A DNA stretch of 64,000 bases from Azolla caroliniana (taxonomy: Eukaryota; Plantae; Polypodiophyta): NCBI GenBank assembly GCA_043228905.1, contig JBHGNT010000118.1, positions 13,207 through 77,206 on the forward strand, read 5' to 3'. Each line of letters starts with the position of its first letter. Position 1 is the stretch's first letter. The position numbers and the translations under genes were made by a program. Under the pieces are notes generated by a model. It made no database searches and was not told the DNA's origin. It worked only from the letters and a program-made list of their open reading frames with translations. Positions 1 to 11,916 of the stretch are shown here, piece after piece.

Positions 1-594
1 CTATGGTTGCACCGAACTGGGAAAATGATCGACGATAGTTTCACACCAGTTTCCGTTCCCTTTCGGGAACCCTCAAACGCTATATGGTACGTGCCACAAA
101 CCTCGGGAAGCGACCCCCCCTCGAAACTAGGTCATACGGCCTCCAGCCCGATGACGTGCGGACGTGGAAGGTTTGTCGACTAGCAAACAACCCGAGCCTT
201 GCAGCATTCCGAGAACGTTGTCATTCGTTACAGCGAGGACCTTCCTGTTTCTTCTCCGTTGACGTTGCATTGGAAAGGAAAGGGGAACAAGAGAACGCAT
301 TTCAACCGTTTTGTTTTGATCAGGGGTTGTTGGTGCGCGTCATTTGGCTCACGCTAAATCTCAAAGGCTGCAGCTAGAGTTTTGACGATGTTAAAAGGTG
401 GTTACGTATCCCACCGATCTATGGCTTTGTTCGGTAAAACCTGCAAGGCGAGACGATGTTGCCAGGATGTTTGGTCGGGAAGACGAGTCCGCAACCTTGG
501 ATGGATTGGTAGATGGAGGGTAAATTGCACCAACATTGTCAACGGTAAGTTCTAACGTGTTGCATTGAACGCCGTGCCGTAACGGCTCCCGTCG

Positions 595-636
595 AAAGCA
601 AAAGAAAGACGTGAAAGAGAGCATCAAGTCTGATGC
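595..636 (-). terminator. First canonical T4-containing Pol III terminator-like tract downstream of the tRNA, preceded by a hairpin; repeated in every unit
   Basis: Minus strand reads GCATCA-GACT-TGATGC then TCTCTTTCACGTCTTTCTTTTGCTTT. No other T4 run lies between 604 and 1064. Confidence 0.4.
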
Positions 637-1064
637 GCGGTTGCGGGGAATGTTGCAGCGTGGTTGGAATTCTCAATTGCGGTTTCCGTCCAAGGTGCTC
701 ATACGTACAACCGTAATGCGTGGTCTTCCTCTGCGTTATTCCAGGTGACACGAGTCTCGAGTAAGCGTCGGTCATTCCCAAGAACTTGAACCGCAGATTT
801 GACCAGTAAGCGAGCAGATACCTATTACATCCGACTTTGACGTGATCGCCAAATGTATTCGGAAGCCCCAAGTAAGGCACCGTCATGGCAGTCACTTCGC
901 AGGCTCATTCCTCTTAACCTTCCACACGTGCGCGGTTAGCAATCCCTAAAGAACTCCTCGAACGAAGCTCGGGCGGTAACGTCTTGAATAAGGACCCACG
1001 CAAGGAGGCGAGGGAAACAAGATCGTAGCGGTGGTTTTGACGTACAGCTAATTCAACCGCGCGG

Positions 1065-1136
1065 TATCAGAGCGAGGTTTCGATCCTCGGACCTGTGGGT
1101 TATGGGCCCACCACGCTTCCGCTGCGCCACTCTGAT
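1065..1136 (-). tRNA. tRNA-iMet(CAT): Initiator tRNA-Met (CAT), copy 1
   Basis: Reverse complement reads ATCAGAG TG GCGC AGCGGAA GCGT G GTGGG CCCATAA CCCAC AGGTC CGAGG ATCGAAA CCTCG CTCTGAT A. This is a 72-nt cloverleaf with A1-U72, three G-C pairs in the anticodon stem, C33 and an A54/A60 T-loop, all eukaryotic initiator hallmarks. Confidence 0.97.
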
Positions 1137-1145
1137 GCGGATGAC

Positions 1146-1167
1146 TTGAAAGCCAAAGAGAGATAAA
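1146..1167 (-). promoter_or_regulatory. Plant tRNA-gene 5' flank elements (TATA-like TTTAT at -31 to -27, CAA at -12 to -10); repeated in every unit
   Basis: Minus strand reads ...TTCTTTATCTCTCTTTGGCTTTCAAGTCATCCGC|tRNA, matching the usual positions of TATA-like and CAA motifs upstream of plant tRNA genes. Confidence 0.5.
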
Positions 1168-2604
1168 GAATTCAAAGAGAACGACGCGAGAGCTCTTGCT
1201 TATTTCTCCATGTTAATCTACTCGAGAAGCCATGGAAACGTTGTAAACAAGGTCGAGGTTAGCAAATGGAGCGTGAACAACCCGAGCATGAGCACGGCGG
1301 GTGGCCTCGTTAAGTAGTATGGATGTTCCTACCTACTCGGCGCACGTCAATGTGTCTGCCTCGTTCGTTCTTGCTACGGACTTGGAGCGGGAGAACACCC
1401 TCTTGTGGGCAACGCGAGAGAGAGGGCGACCTGATTATTCTTGAGCATGGCGACATACCACATTGGCTCGCTAGGAAACCGTCTTCCTCACCTTGGCGCG
1501 TCGAGGCCTTGTGTCACCCGTTGGACTCGGGTCGCCGCTTCTATGGTTGCACCGAACTGGGAAAATGATCGACGATAGTTTCACACCAGTTTCCGTTCCC
1601 TTTCGGGAACCCTCAAACGCTATATGGTACGTGCCACAAACCTCGGGAAGCGACCCCCCCTCGAAACTAGGTCATACGGCCTCCAGCCCGATGACGTGCG
1701 GACGTGGAAGGTTTGTCGACTAGCAAACAACCCGAGCCTTGCAGCATTCCGAGAACGTTGTCATTCGTTACAGCGAGGACCTTCCTGTTTCTTCTCCGTT
1801 GACGTTGCATTGGAAAGGAAAGGGGAACAAGAGAACGCATTTCAACCGTTTTGTTTTGATCAGGGGTTGTTGGTGCGCGTCATTTGGCTCACGCTAAATC
1901 TCAAAGGCTGCAGCTAGAGTTTTGACGATGTTAAAAGGTGGTTACGTATCCCACCGATCTATGGCTTTGTTCGGTAAAACCTGCAAGGCGAGACGATGTT
2001 GCCAGGATGTTTGGTCGGGAAGACGAGTCCGCAACCTTGGATGGATTGGTAGATGGAGGGTAAATTGCACCAACATTGTCAACGGTAAGTTCTAACGTGT
2101 TGCATTGAACGCCGTGCCGTAACGGCTCCCGTCGAAAGCAAAAGAAAGACGTGAAAGAGAGCATCAAGTCTGATGCGCGGTTGCGGGGAATGTTGCAGCG
2201 TGGTTGGAATTCTCAATTGCGGTTTCCGTCCAAGGTGCTCATACGTACAACCGTAATGCGTGGTCTTCCTCTGCGTTATTCCAGGTGACACGAGTCTCGA
2301 GTAAGCGTCGGTCATTCCCAAGAACTTGAACCGCAGATTTGACCAGTAAGCGAGCAGATACCTATTACATCCGACTTTGACGTGATCGCCAAATGTATTC
2401 GGAAGCCCCAAGTAAGGCACCGTCATGGCAGTCACTTCGCAGGCTCATTCCTCTTAACCTTCCACACGTGCGCGGTTAGCAATCCCTAAAGAACTCCTCG
2501 AACGAAGCTCGGGCGGTAACGTCTTGAATAAGGACCCACGCAAGGAGGCGAGGGAAACAAGATCGTAGCGGTGGTTTTGACGTACAGCTAATTCAACCGC
2601 GCGG

Positions 2605-2676
2605 TATCAGAGCGAGGTTTCGATCCTCGGACCTGTGGGTTATGGGCCCACCACGCTTCCGCTGCGCCACTCTGAT
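2605..2676 (-). tRNA. tRNA-iMet(CAT): Initiator tRNA-Met (CAT), copy 2
   Basis: Same 72-nt sequence as copy 1, offset by 1540 bp. Confidence 0.97.
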
Positions 2677-4144
2677 GCGGATGACTTGAAAGCCAAAGAG
2701 AGATAAAGAATTCAAAGAGAACGACGCGAGAGCTCTTGCTTATTTCTCCATGTTAATCTACTCGAGAAGCCATGGAAACGTTGTAAACAAGGTCGAGGTT
2801 AGCAAATGGAGCGTGAACAACCCGAGCATGAGCACGGCGGGTGGCCTCGTTAAGTAGTATGGATGTTCCTACCTACTCGGCGCACGTCAATGTGTCTGCC
2901 TCGTTCGTTCTTGCTACGGACTTGGAGCGGGAGAACACCCTCTTGTGGGCAACGCGAGAGAGAGGGCGACCTGATTATTCTTGAGCATGGCGACATACCA
3001 CATTGGCTCGCTAGGAAACCGTCTTCCTCACCTTGGCGCGTCGAGGCCTTGTGTCACCCGTTGGACTCGGGTCGCCGCTTCTATGGTTGCACCGAACTGG
3101 GAAAATGATCGACGATAGTTTCACACCAGTTTCCGTTCCCTTTCGGGAACCCTCAAACGCTATATGGTACGTGCCACAAACCTCGGGAAGCGACCCCCCC
3201 TCGAAACTAGGTCATACGGCCTCCAGCCCGATGACGTGCGGACGTGGAAGGTTTGTCGACTAGCAAACAACCCGAGCCTTGCAGCATTCCGAGAACGTTG
3301 TCATTCGTTACAGCGAGGACCTTCCTGTTTCTTCTCCGTTGACGTTGCATTGGAAAGGAAAGGGGAACAAGAGAACGCATTTCAACCGTTTTGTTTTGAT
3401 CAGGGGTTGTTGGTGCGCGTCATTTGGCTCACGCTAAATCTCAAAGGCTGCAGCTAGAGTTTTGACGATGTTAAAAGGTGGTTACGTATCCCACCGATCT
3501 ATGGCTTTGTTCGGTAAAACCTGCAAGGCGAGACGATGTTGCCAGGATGTTTGGTCGGGAAGACGAGTCCGCAACCTTGGATGGATTGGTAGATGGAGGG
3601 TAAATTGCACCAACATTGTCAACGGTAAGTTCTAACGTGTTGCATTGAACGCCGTGCCGTAACGGCTCCCGTCGAAAGCAAAAGAAAGACGTGAAAGAGA
3701 GCATCAAGTCTGATGCGCGGTTGCGGGGAATGTTGCAGCGTGGTTGGAATTCTCAATTGCGGTTTCCGTCCAAGGTGCTCATACGTACAACCGTAATGCG
3801 TGGTCTTCCTCTGCGTTATTCCAGGTGACACGAGTCTCGAGTAAGCGTCGGTCATTCCCAAGAACTTGAACCGCAGATTTGACCAGTAAGCGAGCAGATA
3901 CCTATTACATCCGACTTTGACGTGATCGCCAAATGTATTCGGAAGCCCCAAGTAAGGCACCGTCATGGCAGTCACTTCGCAGGCTCATTCCTCTTAACCT
4001 TCCACACGTGCGCGGTTAGCAATCCCTAAAGAACTCCTCGAACGAAGCTCGGGCGGTAACGTCTTGAATAAGGACCCACGCAAGGAGGCGAGGGAAACAA
4101 GATCGTAGCGGTGGTTTTGACGTACAGCTAATTCAACCGCGCGG

Positions 4145-4216
4145 TATCAGAGCGAGGTTTCGATCCTCGGACCTGTGGGTTATGGGCCCACCACGCTTCC
4201 GCTGCGCCACTCTGAT
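4145..4216 (-). tRNA. tRNA-iMet(CAT): Initiator tRNA-Met (CAT), copy 3
   Basis: Same sequence as copy 1. Confidence 0.97.
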
Positions 4217-5684
4217 GCGGATGACTTGAAAGCCAAAGAGAGATAAAGAATTCAAAGAGAACGACGCGAGAGCTCTTGCTTATTTCTCCATGTTAATCTA
4301 CTCGAGAAGCCATGGAAACGTTGTAAACAAGGTCGAGGTTAGCAAATGGAGCGTGAACAACCCGAGCATGAGCACGGCGGGTGGCCTCGTTAAGTAGTAT
4401 GGATGTTCCTACCTACTCGGCGCACGTCAATGTGTCTGCCTCGTTCGTTCTTGCTACGGACTTGGAGCGGGAGAACACCCTCTTGTGGGCAACGCGAGAG
4501 AGAGGGCGACCTGATTATTCTTGAGCATGGCGACATACCACATTGGCTCGCTAGGAAACCGTCTTCCTCACCTTGGCGCGTCGAGGCCTTGTGTCACCCG
4601 TTGGACTCGGGTCGCCGCTTCTATGGTTGCACCGAACTGGGAAAATGATCGACGATAGTTTCACACCAGTTTCCGTTCCCTTTCGGGAACCCTCAAACGC
4701 TATATGGTACGTGCCACAAACCTCGGGAAGCGACCCCCCCTCGAAACTAGGTCATACGGCCTCCAGCCCGATGACGTGCGGACGTGGAAGGTTTGTCGAC
4801 TAGCAAACAACCCGAGCCTTGCAGCATTCCGAGAACGTTGTCATTCGTTACAGCGAGGACCTTCCTGTTTCTTCTCCGTTGACGTTGCATTGGAAAGGAA
4901 AGGGGAACAAGAGAACGCATTTCAACCGTTTTGTTTTGATCAGGGGTTGTTGGTGCGCGTCATTTGGCTCACGCTAAATCTCAAAGGCTGCAGCTAGAGT
5001 TTTGACGATGTTAAAAGGTGGTTACGTATCCCACCGATCTATGGCTTTGTTCGGTAAAACCTGCAAGGCGAGACGATGTTGCCAGGATGTTTGGTCGGGA
5101 AGACGAGTCCGCAACCTTGGATGGATTGGTAGATGGACGGTAAATTGCACCAACATTGTCAACGGTAAGTTCTAACGTGTTGCATTGAACGCCGTGCCGT
5201 AACGGCTCCCGTCGAAAGCAAAAGAAAGACGTGAAAGAGAGCATCAAGTCTGATGCGCGGTTGCGGGGAATGTTGCAGCGTGGTTGGAATTCTCAATTGC
5301 GGTTTCCGTCCAAGGTGCTCATACGTACAACCGTAATGCGTGGTCTTCCTCTGCGTTATTCCAGGTGACACGAGTCTCGAGTAAGCGTCGGTCATTCCCA
5401 AGAACTTGAACCGCAGATTTGACCAGTAAGCGAGCAGATACCTATTACATCCGACTTTGACGTGATCGCCAAATGTATTCGGAAGCCCCAAGTAAGGCAC
5501 CGTCATGGCAGTCACTTCGCAGGCTCATTCCTCTTAACCTTCCACACGTGCGCGGTTAGCAATCCCTAAAGAACTCCTCGAACGAAGCTCGGGCGGTAAC
5601 GTCTTGAATAAGGACCCACGCAAGGAGGCGAGGGAAACAAGATCGTAGCGGTGGTTTTGACGTACAGCTAATTCAACCGCGCGG

Positions 5685-5756
5685 TATCAGAGCGAGGTTT
5701 CGATCCTCGGACCTGTGGGTTATGGGCCCACCACGCTTCCGCTGCGCCACTCTGAT
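5685..5756 (-). tRNA. tRNA-iMet(CAT): Initiator tRNA-Met (CAT), copy 4
   Basis: Same sequence as copy 1. Confidence 0.97.
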
Positions 5757-7224
5757 GCGGATGACTTGAAAGCCAAAGAGAGATAAAGAATTCAAAGAGA
5801 ACGACGCGAGAGCTCTTGCTTATTTCTCCATGTTAATCTACTCGAGAAGCCATGGAAACGTTGTAAACAAGGTCGAGGTTAGCAAATGGAGCGTGAACAA
5901 CCCGAGCATGAGCACGGCGGGTGGCCTCGTTAAGTAGTATGGATGTTCCTACCTACTCGGCGCACGTCAATGTGTCTGCCTCGTTCGTTCTTGCTACGGA
6001 CTTGGAGCGGGAGAACACCCTCTTGTGGGCAACGCGAGAGAGAGGGCGACCTGATTATTCTTGAGCATGGCGACATACCACATTGGCTCGCTAGGAAACC
6101 GTCTTCCTCACCTTGGCGCGTCGAGGCCTTGTGTCACCCGTTGGACTCGGGTCGCCGCTTCTATGGTTGCACCGAACTGGGAAAATGATCGACGATAGTT
6201 TCACACCAGTTTCCGTTCCCTTTCGGGAACCCTCAAACGCTATATGGTACGTGCCACAAACCTCGGGAAGCGACCCCCCCTCGAAACTAGGTCATACGGC
6301 CTCCAGCCCGATGACGTGCGGACGTGGAAGGTTTGTCGACTAGCAAACAACCCGAGCCTTGCAGCATTCCGAGAACGTTGTCATTCGTTACAGCGAGGAC
6401 CTTCCTGTTTCTTCTCCGTTGACGTTGCATTGGAAAGGAAAGGGGAACAAGAGAACGCATTTCAACCGTTTTGTTTTGATCAGGGGTTGTTGGTGCGCGT
6501 CATTTGGCTCACGCTAAATCTCAAAGGCTGCAGCTAGAGTTTTGACGATGTTAAAAGGTGGTTACGTATCCCACCGATCTATGGCTTTGTTCGGTAAAAC
6601 CTGCAAGGCGAGACGATGTTGCCAGGATGTTTGGTCGGGAAGACGAGTCCGCAACCTTGGATGGATTGGTAGATGGACGGTAAATTGCACCAACATTGTC
6701 AACGGTAAGTTCTAACGTGTTGCATTGAACGCCGTGCCGTAACGGCTCCCGTCGAAAGCAAAAGAAAGACGTGAAAGAGAGCATCAAGTCTGATGCGCGG
6801 TTGCGGGGAATGTTGCAGCGTGGTTGGAATTCTCAATTGCGGTTTCCGTCCAAGGTGCTCATACGTACAACCGTAATGCGTGGTCTTCCTCTGCGTTATT
6901 CCAGGTGACACGAGTCTCGAGTAAGCGTCGGTCATTCCCAAGAACTTGAACCGCAGATTTGACCAGTAAGCGAGCAGATACCTATTACATCCGACTTTGA
7001 CGTGATCGCCAAATGTATTCGGAAGCCCCAAGTAAGGCACCGTCATGGCAGTCACTTCGCAGGCTCATTCCTCTTAACCTTCCACACGTGCGCGGTTAGC
7101 AATCCCTAAAGAACTCCTCGAACGAAGCTCGGGCGGTAACGTCTTGAATAAGGACCCACGCAAGGAGGCGAGGGAAACAAGATCGTAGCGGTGGTTTTGA
7201 CGTACAGCTAATTCAACCGCGCGG

Positions 7225-7296
7225 TATCAGAGCGAGGTTTCGATCCTCGGACCTGTGGGTTATGGGCCCACCACGCTTCCGCTGCGCCACTCTGAT
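7225..7296 (-). tRNA. tRNA-iMet(CAT): Initiator tRNA-Met (CAT), copy 5
   Basis: Same sequence as copy 1. Confidence 0.97.
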
Positions 7297-8764
7297 GCGG
7301 ATGACTTGAAAGCCAAAGAGAGATAAAGAATTCAAAGAGAACGACGCGAGAGCTCTTGCTTATTTCTCCATGTTAATCTACTCGAGAAGCCATGGAAACG
7401 TTGTAAACAAGGTCGAGGTTAGCAAATGGAGCGTGAACAACCCGAGCATGAGCACGGCGGGTGGCCTCGTTAAGTAGTATGGATGTTCCTACCTACTCGG
7501 CGCACGTCAATGTGTCTGCCTCGTTCGTTCTTGCTACGGACTTGGAGCGGGAGAACACCCTCTTGTGGGCAACGCGAGAGAGAGGGCGACCTGATTATTC
7601 TTGAGCATGGCGACATACCACATTGGCTCGCTAGGAAACCGTCTTCCTCACCTTGGCGCGTCGAGGCCTTGTGTCACCCGTTGGACTCGGGTCGCCGCTT
7701 CTATGGTTGCACCGAACTGGGAAAATGATCGACGATAGTTTCACACCAGTTTCCGTTCCCTTTCGGGAACCCTCAAACGCTATATGGTACGTGCCACAAA
7801 CCTCGGGAAGCGACCCCCCCTCGAAACTAGGTCATACGGCCTCCAGCCCGATGACGTGCGGACGTGGAAGGTTTGTCGACTAGCAAACAACCCGAGCCTT
7901 GCAGCATTCCGAGAACGTTGTCATTCGTTACAGCGAGGACCTTCCTGTTTCTTCTCCGTTGACGTTGCATTGGAAAGGAAAGGGGAACAAGAGAACGCAT
8001 TTCAACCGTTTTGTTTTGATCAGGGGTTGTTGGTGCGCGTCATTTGGCTCACGCTAAATCTCAAAGGCTGCAGCTAGAGTTTTGACGATGTTAAAAGGTG
8101 GTTACGTATCCCACCGATCTATGGCTTTGTTCGGTAAAACCTGCAAGGCGAGACGATGTTGCCAGGATGTTTGGTCGGGAAGACGAGTCCGCAACCTTGG
8201 ATGGATTGGTAGATGGAGGGTAAATTGCACCAACATTGTCAACGGTAAGTTCTAACGTGTTGCATTGAACGTCGTGCCGTAACGGCTCCCGTCGAAAGCA
8301 AAAGAAAGACGTGAAAGAGAGCATCAAGTCTGATGCGCGGTTGCGGGGAATGTTGCAGCGTGGTTGGAATTCTCAATTGCGGTTTCCGTCCAAGGTGCTC
8401 ATACGTACAACCGTAATGCGTGGTCTTCCTCTGCGTTATTCCAGGTGACACGAGTCTCGAGTAAGCGTCGGTCATTCCCAAGAACTTGAACCGCAGATTT
8501 GACCAGTAAGCGAGCAGATACCTATTACATCCGACTTTGACGTGATCGCCAAATGTATTCGGAAGCCCCAAGTAAGGCACCGTCATGGCAGTCACTTCGC
8601 AGGCTCATTCCTCTTAACCTTCCACACGTGCGCGGTTAGCAATCCCTAAAGAACTCCTCGAACGAAGCTCGGGCGGTAACGTCTTGAATAAGGACCCACG
8701 CAAGGAGGCGAGGGAAACAAGATCGTAGCGGTGGTTTTGACGTACAGCTAATTCAACCGCGCGG

Positions 8765-8836
8765 TATCAGAGCGAGGTTTCGATCCTCGGACCTGTGGGT
8801 TATGGGCCCACCACGCTTCCGCTGCGCCACTCTGAT
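8765..8836 (-). tRNA. tRNA-iMet(CAT): Initiator tRNA-Met (CAT), copy 6
   Basis: Same sequence as copy 1. Confidence 0.97.
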
Positions 8837-10304
8837 GCGGATGACTTGAAAGCCAAAGAGAGATAAAGAATTCAAAGAGAACGACGCGAGAGCTCTTGCT
8901 TATTTCTCCATGTTAATCTACTCGAGAAGCCATGGAAACGTTGTAAACAAGGTCGAGGTTAGCAAATGGAGCGTGAACAACCCGAGCATGAGCACGGCGG
9001 GTGGCCTCGTTAAGTAGTATGGATGTTCCTACCTACTCGGCGCACGTCAATGTGTCTGCCTCGTTCGTTCTTGCTACGGACTTGGAGCGGGAGAACACCC
9101 TCTTGTGGGCAACGCGAGAGAGAGGGCGACCTGATTATTCTTGAGCATGGCGACATACCACATTGGCTCGCTAGGAAACCGTCTTCCTCACCTTGGCGCG
9201 TCGAGGCCTTGTGTCACCCGTTGGACTCGGGTCGCCGCTTCTATGGTTGCACCGAACTGGGAAAATGATCGACGATAGTTTCACACCAGTTTCCGTTCCC
9301 TTTCGGGAACCCTCAAACGCTATATGGTACGTGCCACAAACCTCGGGAAGCGACCCCCCCTCGAAACTAGGTCATACGGCCTCCAGCCCGATGACGTGCG
9401 GACGTGGAAGGTTTGTCGACTAGCAAACAACCCGAGCCTTGCAGCATTCCGAGAACGTTGTCATTCGTTACAGCGAGGACCTTCCTGTTTCTTCTCCGTT
9501 GACGTTGCATTGGAAAGGAAAGGGGAACAAGAGAACGCATTTCAACCGTTTTGTTTTGATCAGGGGTTGTTGGTGCGCGTCATTTGGCTCACGCTAAATC
9601 TCAAAGGCTGCAGCTAGAGTTTTGACGATGTTAAAAGGTGGTTACGTATCCCACCGATCTATGGCTTTGTTCGGTAAAACCTGCAAGGCGAGACGATGTT
9701 GCCAGGATGTTTGGTCGGGAAGACGAGTCCGCAACCTTGGATGGATTGGTAGATGGAGGGTAAATTGCACCAACATTGTCAACGGTAAGTTCTAACGTGT
9801 TGCATTGAACGTCGTGCCGTAACGGCTCCCGTCGAAAGCAAAAGAAAGACGTGAAAGAGAGCATCAAGTCTGATGCGCGGTTGCGGGGAATGTTGCAGCG
9901 TGGTTGGAATTCTCAATTGCGGTTTCCGTCCAAGGTGCTCATACGTACAACCGTAATGCGTGGTCTTCCTCTGCGTTATTCCAGGTGACACGAGTCTCGA
10001 GTAAGCGTCGGTCATTCCCAAGAACTTGAACCGCAGATTTGACCAGTAAGCGAGCAGATACCTATTACATCCGACTTTGACGTGATCGCCAAATGTATTC
10101 GGAAGCCCCAAGTAAGGCACCGTCATGGCAGTCACTTCGCAGGCTCATTCCTCTTAACCTTCCACACGTGCGCGGTTAGCAATCCCTAAAGAACTCCTCG
10201 AACGAAGCTCGGGCGGTAACGTCTTGAATAAGGACCCACGCAAGGAGGCGAGGGAAACAAGATCGTAGCGGTGGTTTTGACGTACAGCTAATTCAACCGC
10301 GCGG

Positions 10305-10376
10305 TATCAGAGCGAGGTTTCGATCCTCGGACCTGTGGGTTATGGGCCCACCACGCTTCCGCTGCGCCACTCTGAT
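10305..10376 (-). tRNA. tRNA-iMet(CAT): Initiator tRNA-Met (CAT), copy 7
   Basis: Same sequence as copy 1. Confidence 0.97.
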
Positions 10377-11844
10377 GCGGATGACTTGAAAGCCAAAGAG
10401 AGATAAAGAATTCAAAGAGAACGACGCGAGAGCTCTTGCTTATTTCTCCATGTTAATCTACTCGAGAAGCCATGGAAACGTTGTAAACAAGGTCGAGGTT
10501 AGCAAATGGAGCGTGAACAACCCGAGCATGAGCACGGCGGGTGGCCTCGTTAAGTAGTATGGATGTTCCTACCTACTCGGCGCACGTCAATGTGTCTGCC
10601 TCGTTCGTTCTTGCTACGGACTTGGAGCGGGAGAACACCCTCTTGTGGGCAACGCGAGAGAGAGGGCGACCTGATTATTCTTGAGCATGGCGACATACCA
10701 CATTGGCTCGCTAGGAAACCGTCTTCCTCACCTTGGCGCGTCGAGGCCTTGTGTCACCCGTTGGACTCGGGTCGCCGCTTCTATGGTTGCACCGAACTGG
10801 GAAAATGATCGACGATAGTTTCACACCAGTTTCCGTTCCCTTTCGGGAACCCTCAAACGCTATATGGTACGTGCCACAAACCTCGGGAAGCGACCCCCCC
10901 TCGAAACTAGGTCATACGGCCTCCAGCCCGATGACGTGCGGACGTGGAAGGTTTGTCGACTAGCAAACAACCCGAGCCTTGCAGCATTCCGAGAACGTTG
11001 TCATTCGTTACAGCGAGGACCTTCCTGTTTCTTCTCCGTTGACGTTGCATTGGAAAGGAAAGGGGAACAAGAGAACGCATTTCAACCGTTTTGTTTTGAT
11101 CAGGGGTTGTTGGTGCGCGTCATTTGGCTCACGCTAAATCTCAAAGGCTGCAGCTAGAGTTTTGACGATGTTAAAAGGTGGTTACGTATCCCACCGATCT
11201 ATGGCTTTGTTCGGTAAAACCTGCAAGGCGAGACGATGTTGCCAGGATGTTTGGTCGGGAAGACGAGTCCGCAACCTTGGATGGATTGGTAGATGGAGGG
11301 TAAATTGCACCAACATTGTCAACGGTAAGTTCTAACGTGTTGCATTGAACGTCGTGCCGTAACGGCTCCCGTCGAAAGCAAAAGAAAGACGTGAAAGAGA
11401 GCATCAAGTCTGATGCGCGGTTGCGGGGAATGTTGCAGCGTGGTTGGAATTCTCAATTGCGGTTTCCGTCCAAGGTGCTCATACGTACAACCGTAATGCG
11501 TGGTCTTCCTCTGCGTTATTCCAGGTGACACGAGTCTCGAGTAAGCGTCGGTCATTCCCAAGAACTTGAACCGCAGATTTGACCAGTAAGCGAGCAGATA
11601 CCTATTACATCCGACTTTGACGTGATCGCCAAATGTATTCGGAAGCCCCAAGTAAGGCACCGTCATGGCAGTCACTTCGCAGGCTCATTCCTCTTAACCT
11701 TCCACACGTGCGCGGTTAGCAATCCCTAAAGAACTCCTCGAACGAAGCTCGGGCGGTAACGTCTTGAATAAGGACCCACGCAAGGAGGCGAGGGAAACAA
11801 GATCGTAGCGGTGGTTTTGACGTACAGCTAATTCAACCGCGCGG

Positions 11845-11916
11845 TATCAGAGCGAGGTTTCGATCCTCGGACCTGTGGGTTATGGGCCCACCACGCTTCC
11901 GCTGCGCCACTCTGAT
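11845..11916 (-). tRNA. tRNA-iMet(CAT): Initiator tRNA-Met (CAT), copy 8
   Basis: Same sequence as copy 1. Confidence 0.97.

Noticed and set aside
140-175. Hammerhead ribozyme (retrozyme or satellite type) in the unit
   Set aside because: No CUGANGA...GAAA core on either strand; CCGATGA...GGAAG does not fit
604-1064. Trailer as telomerase RNA, SRP, MRP or snoR43
   Set aside because: Only one CCCTAAA (antisense to the trailer), no 1.5-repeat template, no C/D boxes, and no convincing SRP or MRP conserved regions
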